DNA of 64,000 nt, from positions 7,778-71,777 of the forward strand of contig JAQBNN010000224.1 in the NCBI GenBank assembly GCA_028288505.1, written 5' to 3'. Both the position numbers and the translations under genes were made by a program. This document shows positions 1 through 8,936 of this stretch, one piece after another. The stretch comes from Segetibacter sp. (GTDB lineage: Bacteria; Bacteroidota; Bacteroidia; Chitinophagales; Chitinophagaceae). The notes beneath the pieces are model-generated. The model had not been told where the DNA came from and did not search any database. It was given only the letters and a program-made list of their open reading frames with translations. Numbering within the stretch: the first letter of the stretch is position 1; the number at the start of each line of letters is the position of its first letter.

Positions 1-1
1 C

Positions 2-331
2 ATTTCATACATCTACAAATATGGCCCGTCCGTTAATAAAAGATGGCACACCTTCAGCCCCGGAAGCATTCTTGCAACACTGCTTACCATAGTCACCACT
101 TACGGCTTTTCCTTTTATGTTAATCATTTTGGAAACTATAATAAAATATATGGCTCCATTGGAACTGTATTAATTTTAATGCTTTTAATCTACCTTAACT
201 CACTCATACTTTTAATAGGATTTGAACTAAACGTAAGCATTACTTTTTTGAAAGCGGCAGCGGAAGAAAGAAGACAAAAAGAATTAAGTAGTTTAATCGA
301 AAAACAGGTTTTACCTAATTTATCGAAATAA
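2..331 (+). CDS. YihY/BrkB family inner membrane protein, 3' part (runs off the window start)
   Basis: Hand translation of frame 2 gives ...FSPGSILATLL...FYVNHFGNYNKIYGSIGTVLILMLLIYLNSLILLIGFELN..., the typical YihY C-terminal signature; TAA at 329-331. Not in the ORF track. Confidence 0.85.
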   Translation: MSYIYKYGPSVNKRWHTFSPGSILATLLTIVTTYGFSFYVNHFGNYNKIYGSIGTVLILMLLIYLNSLILLIGFELNVSITFLKAAAEERRQKELSSLIEKQVLPNLSK

Positions 332-340
332 AATCCAAGT

Positions 341-943
341 ATGAAGAAATTAATGGTGTTAGCAATAGCAGCTTTATTTGCCCTACAAACCTCTGCGCAA
401 ACCTTTACTCCAATTGCAATAGGCACTACTATCCCCATGGCTGAAACCAAAATGAAATCGATTAACGGAAAGGAATTTTCGATTAAAGATGCGGCTGGCA
501 AAAACGGCGTGCTGGTAATGTTTAGTTGCAATAAATGCCCCTACGTTGTTCGTTACCAAAAGCGCACACTTGAAGCCATAGAGAGCGCTAAGGCTAACGG
601 CTACGGTGTTATAATTATAAACAGTAATGATACCCAAAGTAACGATGATGATTCTTACACTGCTATGAAGGAATATGCACAAAAACAAGGCTATGGCAAT
701 GTGGCTTACGTGGTTGACGAAAAAAGTGCCATTGCTAATGCATTTGGTGCCACACGTACACCCGAGAGTTTCCTGTTTAATACAAAAGGCGTGTTAGTTT
801 ATCATGGCGCTATCGATGATAATCACATAGCAGACCAGGTAGCTAGAAAACACCTTCAAGTAGCTATGCAAGAAAATAAAAACGGCAAAATCGTCTCAGT
901 TAAGAAAACCGAATTTATCGGCTGTTCAATTAAGAGAAGTTAA
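341..943 (+). CDS. Exported thioredoxin-family (AhpC/TSA-like) redoxin
   Basis: Signal peptide, FSCNKCPYV CxxC motif, FGATRTPE and YHGAIDD, C-terminal GCSIK. Confidence 0.85.
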   Translation: MKKLMVLAIAALFALQTSAQTFTPIAIGTTIPMAETKMKSINGKEFSIKDAAGKNGVLVMFSCNKCPYVVRYQKRTLEAIESAKANGYGVIIINSNDTQSNDDDSYTAMKEYAQKQGYGNVAYVVDEKSAIANAFGATRTPESFLFNTKGVLVYHGAIDDNHIADQVARKHLQVAMQENKNGKIVSVKKTEFIGCSIKRS

Positions 944-962
944 CCTTACCTTTAGCTTTTTG

Positions 963-993
963 AAGGGGCACCCACTTGTTGGTTGCCCTTTTT
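963..993 (+). terminator. Intrinsic terminator of the redoxin gene
   Basis: Imperfect AAGGGGCACCCA/TGGTTGCCCTT hairpin followed by a T run. Confidence 0.6.
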
Positions 994-1004
994 ATTTTCA
1001 GCTG

Positions 1005-1065
1005 TTTTTTCTAATACCAGCTTTGGGTTTTCATAGCATCATCGTTGCGTCGCAATCACTTCATA
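1005..1065 (-). repeat. Dispersed intergenic element copy 1 (subtype A')
   Basis: Reverse complement reads GAAGTGATTGCGACGCAACGATGATGCTATGAAAACCCAAAGCTGGTATTAGAAAAAA. Confidence 0.9.
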
Positions 1066-1163
1066 AGCAAATCTTTGGGCAACAGATCGAGTAACAGCAA
1101 TCAGCCTTCCCAAAATAGAATAACTTTCCTACAATTTAGTTTAGCTCAATCTAATAACCATAA

Positions 1164-1221
1164 GTTGAAGGGTGCGACGCAAGTAAAGCTTAATAGTATT
1201 GAAAAAGCCGGCTACCAAAAA
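1164..1221 (+). repeat. Element copy 2 (subtype A)
   Basis: GAAGGGTGCGACGCAAGTAAAGCTTAATAGTATTGAAAAAGCCGGCTACCAAAAA. Confidence 0.85.
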
Positions 1222-1348
1222 CGCTATCGTTCACTAGAAGAATGACAATGAACAGTTGCTTCTTAAAAACTTACCGCACCCACCAACTATAAACTATTCG
1301 CCATTCAGCAAAACACTCTCCCGGCCCAACTTTTGAATATTCAACAGT

Positions 1349-1876
1349 ATGAAATTGCCATCTACATTTATTGAGGGAAGTGACGCATTGAATGCACTAA
1401 TAGAAACACCAAAAGGAAGCCGGAATAAATACGTATACGATGAAGATACCGGGGGCTTTAAGTTGAAAAAAGCGCTACCTGCAGGTATGGTTTTTCCTTT
1501 CGATTTTGGCTTCATTCCATATACTATTGCTGAAGATGGTGACCCACTAGATATTCTTGTACTAACCGATGCGCCTACTTTTCCAGGTTGTATTATTGAG
1601 GTAAATATCATCGGCATCATTAAAGTGCAGCAGGAAAAGAAAGGCAAAAATTTTCGCAACGACCGGGTTATAGGCGTTCAGGTAGATTCAAGACTTTATG
1701 GTTCAGTAGAAAAACTTGCCGACCTTGAAGATGGTTTGCTAAAAGAGATCATTCACTTTTTCGCATCGTACAACCAGGTAAGCGAAGACCAGTTTATTCC
1801 CTTAGGAAATGATGGATCAAAAGAGGCTTTGCGTATAATAAGAGAATCTATTAAAAAGGCTGAAGAAGTTGCTTAA
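1349..1876 (+). CDS. ppa: Inorganic pyrophosphatase (family I)
   Basis: IETPKGSRNKY, PFDFGFIPYTIAEDGDPLDILVL motifs. Confidence 0.9.
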   Translation: MKLPSTFIEGSDALNALIETPKGSRNKYVYDEDTGGFKLKKALPAGMVFPFDFGFIPYTIAEDGDPLDILVLTDAPTFPGCIIEVNIIGIIKVQQEKKGKNFRNDRVIGVQVDSRLYGSVEKLADLEDGLLKEIIHFFASYNQVSEDQFIPLGNDGSKEALRIIRESIKKAEEVA

Positions 1877-1891
1877 TAAAATTTGAGAGAA

Positions 1892-2143
1892 ATGGCACTT
1901 AGAGAAGAGTTGCAAAAAAAGCTGAAGAAATTATACGAACCATCAACAATGGTTGAAATGACATTTAAAGGTTACGACTTGTCTTTTAAAACCGATGAAA
2001 AAGGAAATGCGATCCTCCTATTTATTGGCAAGAAAACAGAACAGGGCAACATTAAAGGCGACCGCTACGGACGCACGTTAAAATACGACCGGGAAGGAAA
2101 TGTAATTAAAGATCATTGGGAGATGAAGGGGAAGGCTACTTAA
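1892..2143 (+). CDS. Hypothetical protein, probably co-transcribed with ppa
   Basis: 83-aa ORF starting 15 nt after the ppa stop and followed by a terminator; ATG at 1892 preferred over TTG at 1883. Confidence 0.65.
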   Translation: MALREELQKKLKKLYEPSTMVEMTFKGYDLSFKTDEKGNAILLFIGKKTEQGNIKGDRYGRTLKYDREGNVIKDHWEMKGKAT

Positions 2144-2164
2144 GTAGGCAAATTTACATAACAA

Positions 2165-2194
2165 AAGGAGCATAAGAATTGCCTTATGCTCCTT
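2165..2194. terminator. Bidirectional hairpin terminator
   Basis: 12-bp perfect stem AAGGAGCATAAG/CTTATGCTCCTT between convergent genes. Confidence 0.75.
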
Positions 2195-2212
2195 CGTTTT
2201 CATAGAGGGTTA

Positions 2213-2863
2213 TTAATATCTGCCTTCTTTTTTATCTTGTTTGCGACCAAGTACATAACCACCTGCTGCACCAACAATACCACCGATTACGGCACCTTTA
2301 CCTTTGTTTTTGCTAATGATTGCTCCAAGTACTGCACCAGAACCAGCACCTATTGCTGTTCCTTTTGCTGCTTTGCTCCAACCTTCTTTTTTAGCTGCCG
2401 GAACTTCAGCAGGTTCTGTTACAACCACTGGCTCACCAGCGCCTACACTAACACCAGTTTCTGCACCAGTTCCAGTTGAACCTGTGCCAGTAGATGGTCT
2501 TGAAGTTGAAGTACGGTTGCCGCTATAAACCGGCTTAGGAGATGAAGTACGTGCTACTGATCCTGTTCTTGCATTACGAACGGGAGCTTTAGCAACCCTG
2601 GTAGTTTTAGCAGGTAGATCACGATAGACAACTGTAGGAGCAACTTCACTTGCTGAAGTGCTGGTATTTTCAGAAAATTCTTCTACTCCCTGGCCTTCAA
2701 TTGTTGCAAGTTCCTCTTTTGATTTCTGAAAAGCCGCAAGGCCTGAAGTATCAGCGGTAGCTATTTCGTTGCTATTGTTTGTTAATTGTCCAACTGTTTT
2801 TGGATTGCTATTACAAGCTGCGAAAATGGCTGCGATTGCAATGCTAAGTATAGTTTTTTTCAT
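2213..2863 (-). CDS. Lipoprotein with C-terminal glycine-zipper (YMGG-like) domain
   Basis: Lipobox FAAC; low-complexity linker; GTAIGAGSGAVLGAII...GAVIGGIVGAAGGY. Confidence 0.85.
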   Translation of the reverse strand: MKKTILSIAIAAIFAACNSNPKTVGQLTNNSNEIATADTSGLAAFQKSKEELATIEGQGVEEFSENTSTSASEVAPTVVYRDLPAKTTRVAKAPVRNARTGSVARTSSPKPVYSGNRTSTSRPSTGTGSTGTGAETGVSVGAGEPVVVTEPAEVPAAKKEGWSKAAKGTAIGAGSGAVLGAIISKNKGKGAVIGGIVGAAGGYVLGRKQDKKEGRY

Positions 2864-3030
2864 AGTGTTCGCTTTTAAAGTTTTTGTCCTTTTATGGTAT
2901 TTAAGACAGCGAACAAAGAGCCAGGTTTAGCTGAATAAAGGGCTTTAACAATTGTTTCTTATATGATAATTTATAAGGATTGAAAGAATAAACGTTTAAT
3001 AATTGATCTGTAGTAGAAGCAAATACAACA

Positions 3031-3087
3031 GTACAAGAGTGCGACGCAACAGAGCGTAACAGAAGAACTTCTGCCGGTTACATAAAC
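3031..3087 (+). repeat. Element copy 3 (A)
   Basis: GTACAAGAGTGCGACGCAAC...CTGCCGGTTACATAAAC. Confidence 0.9.
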
Positions 3088-3090
3088 TTT

Positions 3091-3957
3091 TTACTTCTTA
3101 ATAATTTTAATTTCTACTCTCCTATTAACGGTTGCATCTGCTTCGTTTCTCTCCACTTGTATAATCGGATATTTATGACCGAAACCCTTGTAGCTCATTC
3201 GATTCTTTTTAATGCCTTTTTGCACAAGGTAGTCGTAGACAGCCTTGGCCCTGTTAACCGATAGAACAGGTTCACCTGTTTCCTCGTCCACACCGTCAAC
3301 ATCGCCAACCTGGCAACAGATATGGCCCTGTATTTCAATTTCGAGCGTAGGTATTTTCTGCATAACCTCTAATAGCTCCTGCAAGGGCGGATATGCCTGG
3401 GGTAGAAATACATGCCGTCCTCCGTAGAAGTTTATGTTTTTAAGTATAATATTTTCACCTGTTTTTGTTGCCGGATCTTTTATCTCATCAATGAGCTTTT
3501 CCATACGTTGAGGGCGAGATGCCGGAGGAGTAACAGGAGAGGAAGCTGAACTGGTAGTCGGTGCACCTGCCCCTTCGTAAACTGTAACAATTGTAACTCG
3601 CCTGTTAGCCATTCTTGATATTGAATCAAGATCGTTTATCGCTGGCTGGGTTTCACCTAAACCTTTTACAATAGTTATCCTGGCAGAGTCAATACCGCTA
3701 AGCACCATGTAATCTTTTACTGCAGTTGCTCTTTTTATTGAAAGCTGCTGGTTGTATTCGTCTGTTCCTAACTGGTCGGTATGGCCATAGATAGAAACGG
3801 TGGAAACCCTCTTGTTGAAAAAAATCTTGTTGATGGCCAACATAGCATCGGGAGTAAGTTCATGCTTGTTGAAGTCGAAATATATATTGGTCTCTTGCTG
3901 TGCAAAAGCGTTGAATGAAAGGCATACAAAAAGGATAAAAAAGAGTTTCTTCAGCAT
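3091..3957 (-). CDS. OmpA family protein with two OmpA-like peptidoglycan-binding domains
   Basis: Signal peptide; GHTD...NQQLSIKRA...NRRV and GHIC...LSVNRA...NRRVEI motifs. Confidence 0.85.
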   Translation of the reverse strand: MLKKLFFILFVCLSFNAFAQQETNIYFDFNKHELTPDAMLAINKIFFNKRVSTVSIYGHTDQLGTDEYNQQLSIKRATAVKDYMVLSGIDSARITIVKGLGETQPAINDLDSISRMANRRVTIVTVYEGAGAPTTSSASSPVTPPASRPQRMEKLIDEIKDPATKTGENIILKNINFYGGRHVFLPQAYPPLQELLEVMQKIPTLEIEIQGHICCQVGDVDGVDEETGEPVLSVNRAKAVYDYLVQKGIKKNRMSYKGFGHKYPIIQVERNEADATVNRRVEIKIIKK

Positions 3958-4099
3958 CGTGTATTTTTAGGTAAAGACTTTTAAAGGATAATATTAAGGC
4001 ATAAAATTATTGAAACGATTTCACCTAAAGCGTGAGTTGGTCATAACAATTTTAGAGAAGCTTTATTGATAGTGCAGGAAGGCTGAAGTGCGCACAAAA

Positions 4100-4156
4100 G
4101 TACAAGAGTGCGACGCAAGAATGCCTCATAGTAGTATGATAGATTGGTACATAAAA
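4100..4156 (+). repeat. Element copy 4 (A)
   Basis: GTACAAGAGTGCGACGCAAGAATG...GATTGGTACATAAAAA. Confidence 0.9.
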
Positions 4157-4253
4157 AAACGCCAACCTATTTACGTGCAAGACTAAAAAGAAGCGCCTTT
4201 TGCTTGTTTAAATGTGACGAGCGGCATTTACCCCGGGGGACAGATAAAGTATA

Positions 4254-5303
4254 TTGCAGTCTTGTAATACTTGCTTTAGTATGCACTGCCGTAGAAAACT
4301 GCTTAATATAATTACACTCATATTTTTAGCAGGCTGTACTATTGGCAGTATCGATTGTAAAGCAGCAGATGCAGATACGAAGATCACTTTCAATACAACA
4401 TCTTCCACTAATTCTTCCGTAGATACACTTGTTGCATACGATGAGCTGATGGCAAACAATGACACGGCTTCATGCATTATTCCATTTACGAAAGCCGGTA
4501 ACCTCATACTTCTTAAAGCAAGAGTAGATACGGTTGAGGGCAACTTTATTCTTGACACCGGTGCACCCTACCTGGTACTTAACATTACTTATTTCCGCCA
4601 CTATCCTACTACCTTCAACCTGAATGAAGAACAGGAAAGTATTACAGGAGTTAGTGCTGCTGTGGCTAAAACAACAGTAGGCAAACTTACTTTAGGCACA
4701 CTCGAGTATATACTTGCTAATGCCGACATGATTAACCTTGGACACATTGAAAACAGCAAAGGCGTTAAAATATTAGGTCTCCTGGGACTGCAACTTTTTA
4801 AGCAATGCGAAGTAATTATCGACTACGAAAAAAGTGTGATCCATCTTAGAAGGATAGGCAGGAAAGAACTTGCTGCCTTTAAGAGCGAGCAATTGAAAGA
4901 TGCCTCTGTTTACAAAACTTTGCCAATAGAAATATTGGATAACAGGATTGTAGCTGAAACAGAGATGGCGGGTAAAAAGTTGAAACTGGTGATTGATAGC
5001 GGTGCGGAAACAAATATTCTCGATAGCCGTTTGCCGAATAAAATTTTTGACAATGTTACTATAACTGGTCGTGTATTATTAAGCGGCTCAGGCAGTAAAA
5101 AAATAGAAGCACTTTCGGGAGATGCACGCAATATGAAGATGGGGAATGAGGACATGGGAACGTTTCCTGTAATAATAACGAACCTTGAAAAGTCGTGCTT
5201 TTCTTATGCAGGTTGTATAAACGGTGTGTTGGGTTTTGAATTTCTCTCGTTACATAAAATAGGGTTTAATTTTGTTAGTAATAAAATGTACCTATGGAAA
5301 TGA
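4254..5303 (+). CDS. Exported double-domain retropepsin-like aspartyl protease
   Basis: FILDTGA and LVIDSGA catalytic motifs, each followed by G-x-L/I-G motifs; start codon uncertain. Confidence 0.8.
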   Translation: MQSCNTCFSMHCRRKLLNIITLIFLAGCTIGSIDCKAADADTKITFNTTSSTNSSVDTLVAYDELMANNDTASCIIPFTKAGNLILLKARVDTVEGNFILDTGAPYLVLNITYFRHYPTTFNLNEEQESITGVSAAVAKTTVGKLTLGTLEYILANADMINLGHIENSKGVKILGLLGLQLFKQCEVIIDYEKSVIHLRRIGRKELAAFKSEQLKDASVYKTLPIEILDNRIVAETEMAGKKLKLVIDSGAETNILDSRLPNKIFDNVTITGRVLLSGSGSKKIEALSGDARNMKMGNEDMGTFPVIITNLEKSCFSYAGCINGVLGFEFLSLHKIGFNFVSNKMYLWK

Positions 5304-6742
5304 GGGATAGCAGGCAAAATATAGATGTATGGTTACACGCTTGCCTCTGTGTGTTCTTTTCTATTGGCCTTATCTTTCACTGCATAGCTCAAACTTATAC
5401 CCTGAAGAACGGCAAGATGCATATAGAATTAAGCAGGAACATTAAAGCGGCCGATCTTAATAATTTTATAAGCAAGTATAATTTAAGTGACATCGGCCTA
5501 ATGCAGCTGATTTTTAAGAACAAGCAAGATTCATTAAAAGACCTAGGATGGAACCTGTTGTCGATTGATAAAGTATATGTTATAACTAAACCAGTTTTCA
5601 GCTTCGATAACATAAATAATCCTGCAGAAAGAATCGTGTTTACAGAAAAGCCGGTGTCCGCCGGTTTAAATTTTTTTGGCGACCCAAGATCGCGTTATGG
5701 CTTTAATCGTTTTAGGAATAAATTTCCTTTCGCTGTGCATGAATCTACTGTTACATTTTTCCTTCGCAATAACACAAAGGCCGGCAAAATAGCACTGGCA
5801 GGAAGCTTTAATAACTGGGTTCCCGGTACCTGGTTAATGACTAAAACAGATAGCGGATGGATAGCTAACGTGAAACTTAAACCAGGAAAACACTGGTATA
5901 AGTTTATAGTAGACGGTAATTGGCGAATTGATGATGATAACTTACTTAAGGAAAATGATGGAAGGGGAAATACGAACTCGGTATTTTTCTTAACCAACAC
6001 CACCTTTACTCTACAAGGTTTTACTAATGCCAGGAACGTTTTTGTAGCAGGTAGCTTTAATAATTGGCGGCCAAGAGAATTGCAATTGCAGAAGTCAGCA
6101 AACGGGTGGAGACTCCCTATTTATCTTCCCGAGGGAACACATACGTACCGGTTTGTGGTAGATGGCGATTGGAGAGTGGACCCTGCTAACCCAAACAAGC
6201 TTCCCAACGAATTCAGCGATTTTAATTCAGTAATACGAATAGGCAAACCGCATTTGTTTAGATTAGCTGGCTACACAGAAGCAAGACGTGTGGTACTCTC
6301 AGGTACGTTTAACAACTGGCGTGAAGATGAGTTGCTAATGAATAAAACAGCTTCGGGATGGGAGCTTCCCTATGTTTTAGGGCCGGGTAACTATGAATAC
6401 AGGTTTAAGGTAGACAACAAGTGGATAACAGATCCTGCCAATCCTATTACTATAAACAACAGGAACTCTTACCTCATCGTTCAACCTAATTATACGTTTA
6501 GGTTAAAAGGTTATGCGCAAGCAAAAACAGTATACTTAGCAGTAGATTTTAATAGCTGGAGTCCTAATACACTCGCCATGAAGAAAGAAGGGGAAGAATG
6601 GACATTCAAGGTAAACCTTGCTCCTGGCAAACACCGTTACAAATTTTTCGTAGATGGAAAATGGATTGTAGATCCATCAAACAAACAGTGGGAACAAAAT
6701 GAATTTGGTACAGGAAACTCCGTCGTTTGGGTTGAAAATTAA
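5294..6742 (+). CDS. Exported protein with four tandem CBM48/AMPK-beta-like glycogen-binding domains
   Basis: Four repeats of type (A/S)G(S/T)FNNW...G.(H/Y).Y(K/R)F.VDG.W..D; hydrophobic N-terminal signal; overlaps the protease gene by 10 nt. Confidence 0.8.
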   Translation: MEMRDSRQNIDVWLHACLCVFFSIGLIFHCIAQTYTLKNGKMHIELSRNIKAADLNNFISKYNLSDIGLMQLIFKNKQDSLKDLGWNLLSIDKVYVITKPVFSFDNINNPAERIVFTEKPVSAGLNFFGDPRSRYGFNRFRNKFPFAVHESTVTFFLRNNTKAGKIALAGSFNNWVPGTWLMTKTDSGWIANVKLKPGKHWYKFIVDGNWRIDDDNLLKENDGRGNTNSVFFLTNTTFTLQGFTNARNVFVAGSFNNWRPRELQLQKSANGWRLPIYLPEGTHTYRFVVDGDWRVDPANPNKLPNEFSDFNSVIRIGKPHLFRLAGYTEARRVVLSGTFNNWREDELLMNKTASGWELPYVLGPGNYEYRFKVDNKWITDPANPITINNRNSYLIVQPNYTFRLKGYAQAKTVYLAVDFNSWSPNTLAMKKEGEEWTFKVNLAPGKHRYKFFVDGKWIVDPSNKQWEQNEFGTGNSVVWVEN

Positions 6743-6761
6743 TGCCGCTCTCAAAACGATT

Positions 6762-7934
6762 TTAGTAGAAAGACTTCACCCTAAAATCGTACAGGCTTGC
6801 AGAAGGACTTATTCTTTTAGCCCTTAAAAACCTGCTTAATTCATGCTTGTCGAAGTTTACAGCAGCCGAGTCCATACTGCTTGTGCGAACATAATTAGAC
6901 GCATGAATAAACTCCTTCCCTCCTATCCACATACCAACATGCACAACTCTTTCTGGCCTGCCTTCACTTGCCGGAGAACCGAAGAACAGAAGATCACCGG
7001 GCTTCATGTTATTCCAACCATTTTTAGTATCAACTAATTCACCAACGTGTACCTGCTGCGATGCATCTCGCGGAAGTACCAATCCGTTCATAAAGTAAAC
7101 CATCTTTGTAAAACCGCTGCAGTCTACGCCCTTGGCTGAAGTACCACCCCATAAGTATGGCAAGCCCATCAATTGCTTACCCGAGTTTACTAGATTTTGT
7201 TCTGTAGGGTTACGGGTTTGCATCCAGTCCTTGAGTAGTACAACGTCGTTCAAAGGAACATAAGCTATTCTTCCATCAGGAAAACGGGTTTCATAAAAGC
7301 CCTCCCTTTGTTTTACAATTTCAAGTACATCACCATACACCAGGTCCGATACTGTTAATCCCTTTACATCCGGAGATGCGTAAGCAAAACCGAAGGTTGA
7401 TGTATACACTATTTTACTTTGTTGCTGCCACCGTGCAAATGCTTCATTATCCATCAAAGCAATTCCTCCACCATCAACCCACGCAATATAATTATCCGGC
7501 GTTTGCACCAGGTACCAGCCCATTTGTTTTTTCAGAACCTGAAGAGGTGTACCCAACATAGCTTGTGTTGCTAATTCCGCAGCATGCTTTCCTTGTGTTC
7601 TTAAGTTTGCAACCGATACAGTAACCACTGCCTTTTGTTTACCCGCTAAATCGCTTGCCGGAAGTAGTTTGATGCTGTCAACATATGCAAGGTTCGCATT
7701 AGTGAGTCGCTGCAATAGGACCGCTTTCGCAGCAGGCAAATTCGTTTCTCCAACTAGTACTTTTTCCCTTGCAGTTACATCAAATAAAGCTGTTCGCTTA
7801 TCTGGTGCATATTCATTTAGGACCTCTGTTATATGAGATTGTAATGGAGAGTCACCCGCAGCTTTTTTAGTGCCAGAGCACGAGAAGAGCATTAAGATAC
7901 TTAGGAAATAACCAAAAAATTGCGACCTGATCAT
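6762..7934 (-). CDS. SH3 + NlpC/P60 lipoprotein (YkfC-like gamma-D-glutamyl peptidase)
   Basis: Lipobox LFSC; PYLWGGTSAKGVDCSGF, LPRDASQQ, HVG. Confidence 0.85.
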   Translation of the reverse strand: MIRSQFFGYFLSILMLFSCSGTKKAAGDSPLQSHITEVLNEYAPDKRTALFDVTAREKVLVGETNLPAAKAVLLQRLTNANLAYVDSIKLLPASDLAGKQKAVVTVSVANLRTQGKHAAELATQAMLGTPLQVLKKQMGWYLVQTPDNYIAWVDGGGIALMDNEAFARWQQQSKIVYTSTFGFAYASPDVKGLTVSDLVYGDVLEIVKQREGFYETRFPDGRIAYVPLNDVVLLKDWMQTRNPTEQNLVNSGKQLMGLPYLWGGTSAKGVDCSGFTKMVYFMNGLVLPRDASQQVHVGELVDTKNGWNNMKPGDLLFFGSPASEGRPERVVHVGMWIGGKEFIHASNYVRTSSMDSAAVNFDKHELSRFLRAKRISPSASLYDFRVKSFY

Positions 7935-8028
7935 AGTAAAGTTTGTAACGGCGGGTCAAGTTACTAATAATTCCTGTTGCAGATTTCCATCAGTTGATTC
8001 TCTGTCTGTCGATTAACATATTGTGAGT

Positions 8029-8086
8029 TTCTTTGGTAGCCAGCTAAGTGCTACTATTGATCTTTACTTGCGACGCTCCGTTCAGC
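8029..8086 (-). repeat. Element copy 5 (subtype C)
   Basis: Reverse complement reads GAACGGAGCGTCGCAAGTAAAGATCAATAGTAGCACTTAGCTGGCTACCAAAG. Confidence 0.8.
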
Positions 8087-8112
8087 AACAGCTTTTCATA
8101 GGAGCAAAAAAA

Positions 8113-8146
8113 AAGCAACAGCAAATGTTTCAATTTACTGTTGCTT
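8113..8146 (-). terminator. Intrinsic terminator of the small ORF at 8178-8336
   Basis: AAGCAACAGCAAAT/ATTTACTGTTGCTT stem with an adjacent A run (U run on the minus strand). Confidence 0.7.
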
Positions 8147-8177
8147 AAAAATTTCCTCCAACGAAGAATGCTCCTGC

Positions 8178-8336
8178 CTAAATAGGATTATCTGTACCTT
8201 CTACTTCAAGAGGTTCATTCGGATCAGTGAGACCTTTTAGCTCAGTAAGATTTGGATCAGTTTGTTGTTGTTTTGTTTCTGCTTCCTGTTCTTCGGTTGT
8301 CTTAATTCGCTCTTTAGGATCTGTTTGACTTTGCAT
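8178..8336 (-). CDS. Small acidic hydrophilic hypothetical protein (52 aa)
   Basis: MQSQTDPKER... with three TDP repeats; has its own terminator downstream. Confidence 0.55.
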   Translation of the reverse strand: MQSQTDPKERIKTTEEQEAETKQQQTDPNLTELKGLTDPNEPLEVEGTDNPI

Positions 8337-8620
8337 ATGATTAAGTTTTAAGAAATGAAATAATGAGGTAGTTGCAAGCAATAAACTTAAAAAAGTATAT
8401 GCTTATGAAAGCATCAATAACTCAGCCATGGCAACAAAGTAATATATAAGGAGTAGCGGAATAAAAATGCATTAAGCCTTCGCCACTAAAATTGCTATCA
8501 TTCTTTTTGTTTCTTTACCGTGTGTGGTTAGCTTTGCTTAACATTGCCATCGTTTAGATTATTGCATTCATAACAGTAGCAATAAAGCGATTACACAATA
8601 ACAAAAAAAGATTTAGAATT

Positions 8621-8836
8621 ATGGATATTGATAGCTTCAAAAAATTATCGTTAGAAGAAAAATTAGCGGAGATAAAATACAACGGAAACATTTTAGGATC
8701 ATACGAACGTAATAGTGAAGAAGGCAACGTAAAAGTGCCAGGCGATATTTACGAGCTTTACAACTTCTGGGTCTACTTAAGCGAGGATGAAAAAACAGTT
8801 GTTCCTTCAAGAAGAAACCCGCTACCAGAAGCATAA
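8621..8836 (+). CDS. Hypothetical protein (71 aa)
   Basis: AT-rich leader, protein-like composition, ends at a bidirectional terminator. Confidence 0.65.
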   Translation: MDIDSFKKLSLEEKLAEIKYNGNILGSYERNSEEGNVKVPGDIYELYNFWVYLSEDEKTVVPSRRNPLPEA

Positions 8837-8856
8837 TTATTTACACTTACTTACTA

Positions 8857-8891
8857 CCTCCATAGTTAGAATTGATTATTAACTATGGAGG
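8857..8891. terminator. Bidirectional hairpin terminator
   Basis: 12-bp stem CCTCCATAGTTA/TAACTATGGAGG between convergent genes. Confidence 0.7.
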
Positions 8892-8936
8892 CATTTTAGT
8901 TTTATTGTTCCAGTAGCAATTATTAATGTGGGACAG

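Noticed and set aside
2930-2940. Orphan GCTGAATAAAG box
   Set aside because: No core follows at the usual distance. It could be chance or a remnant.
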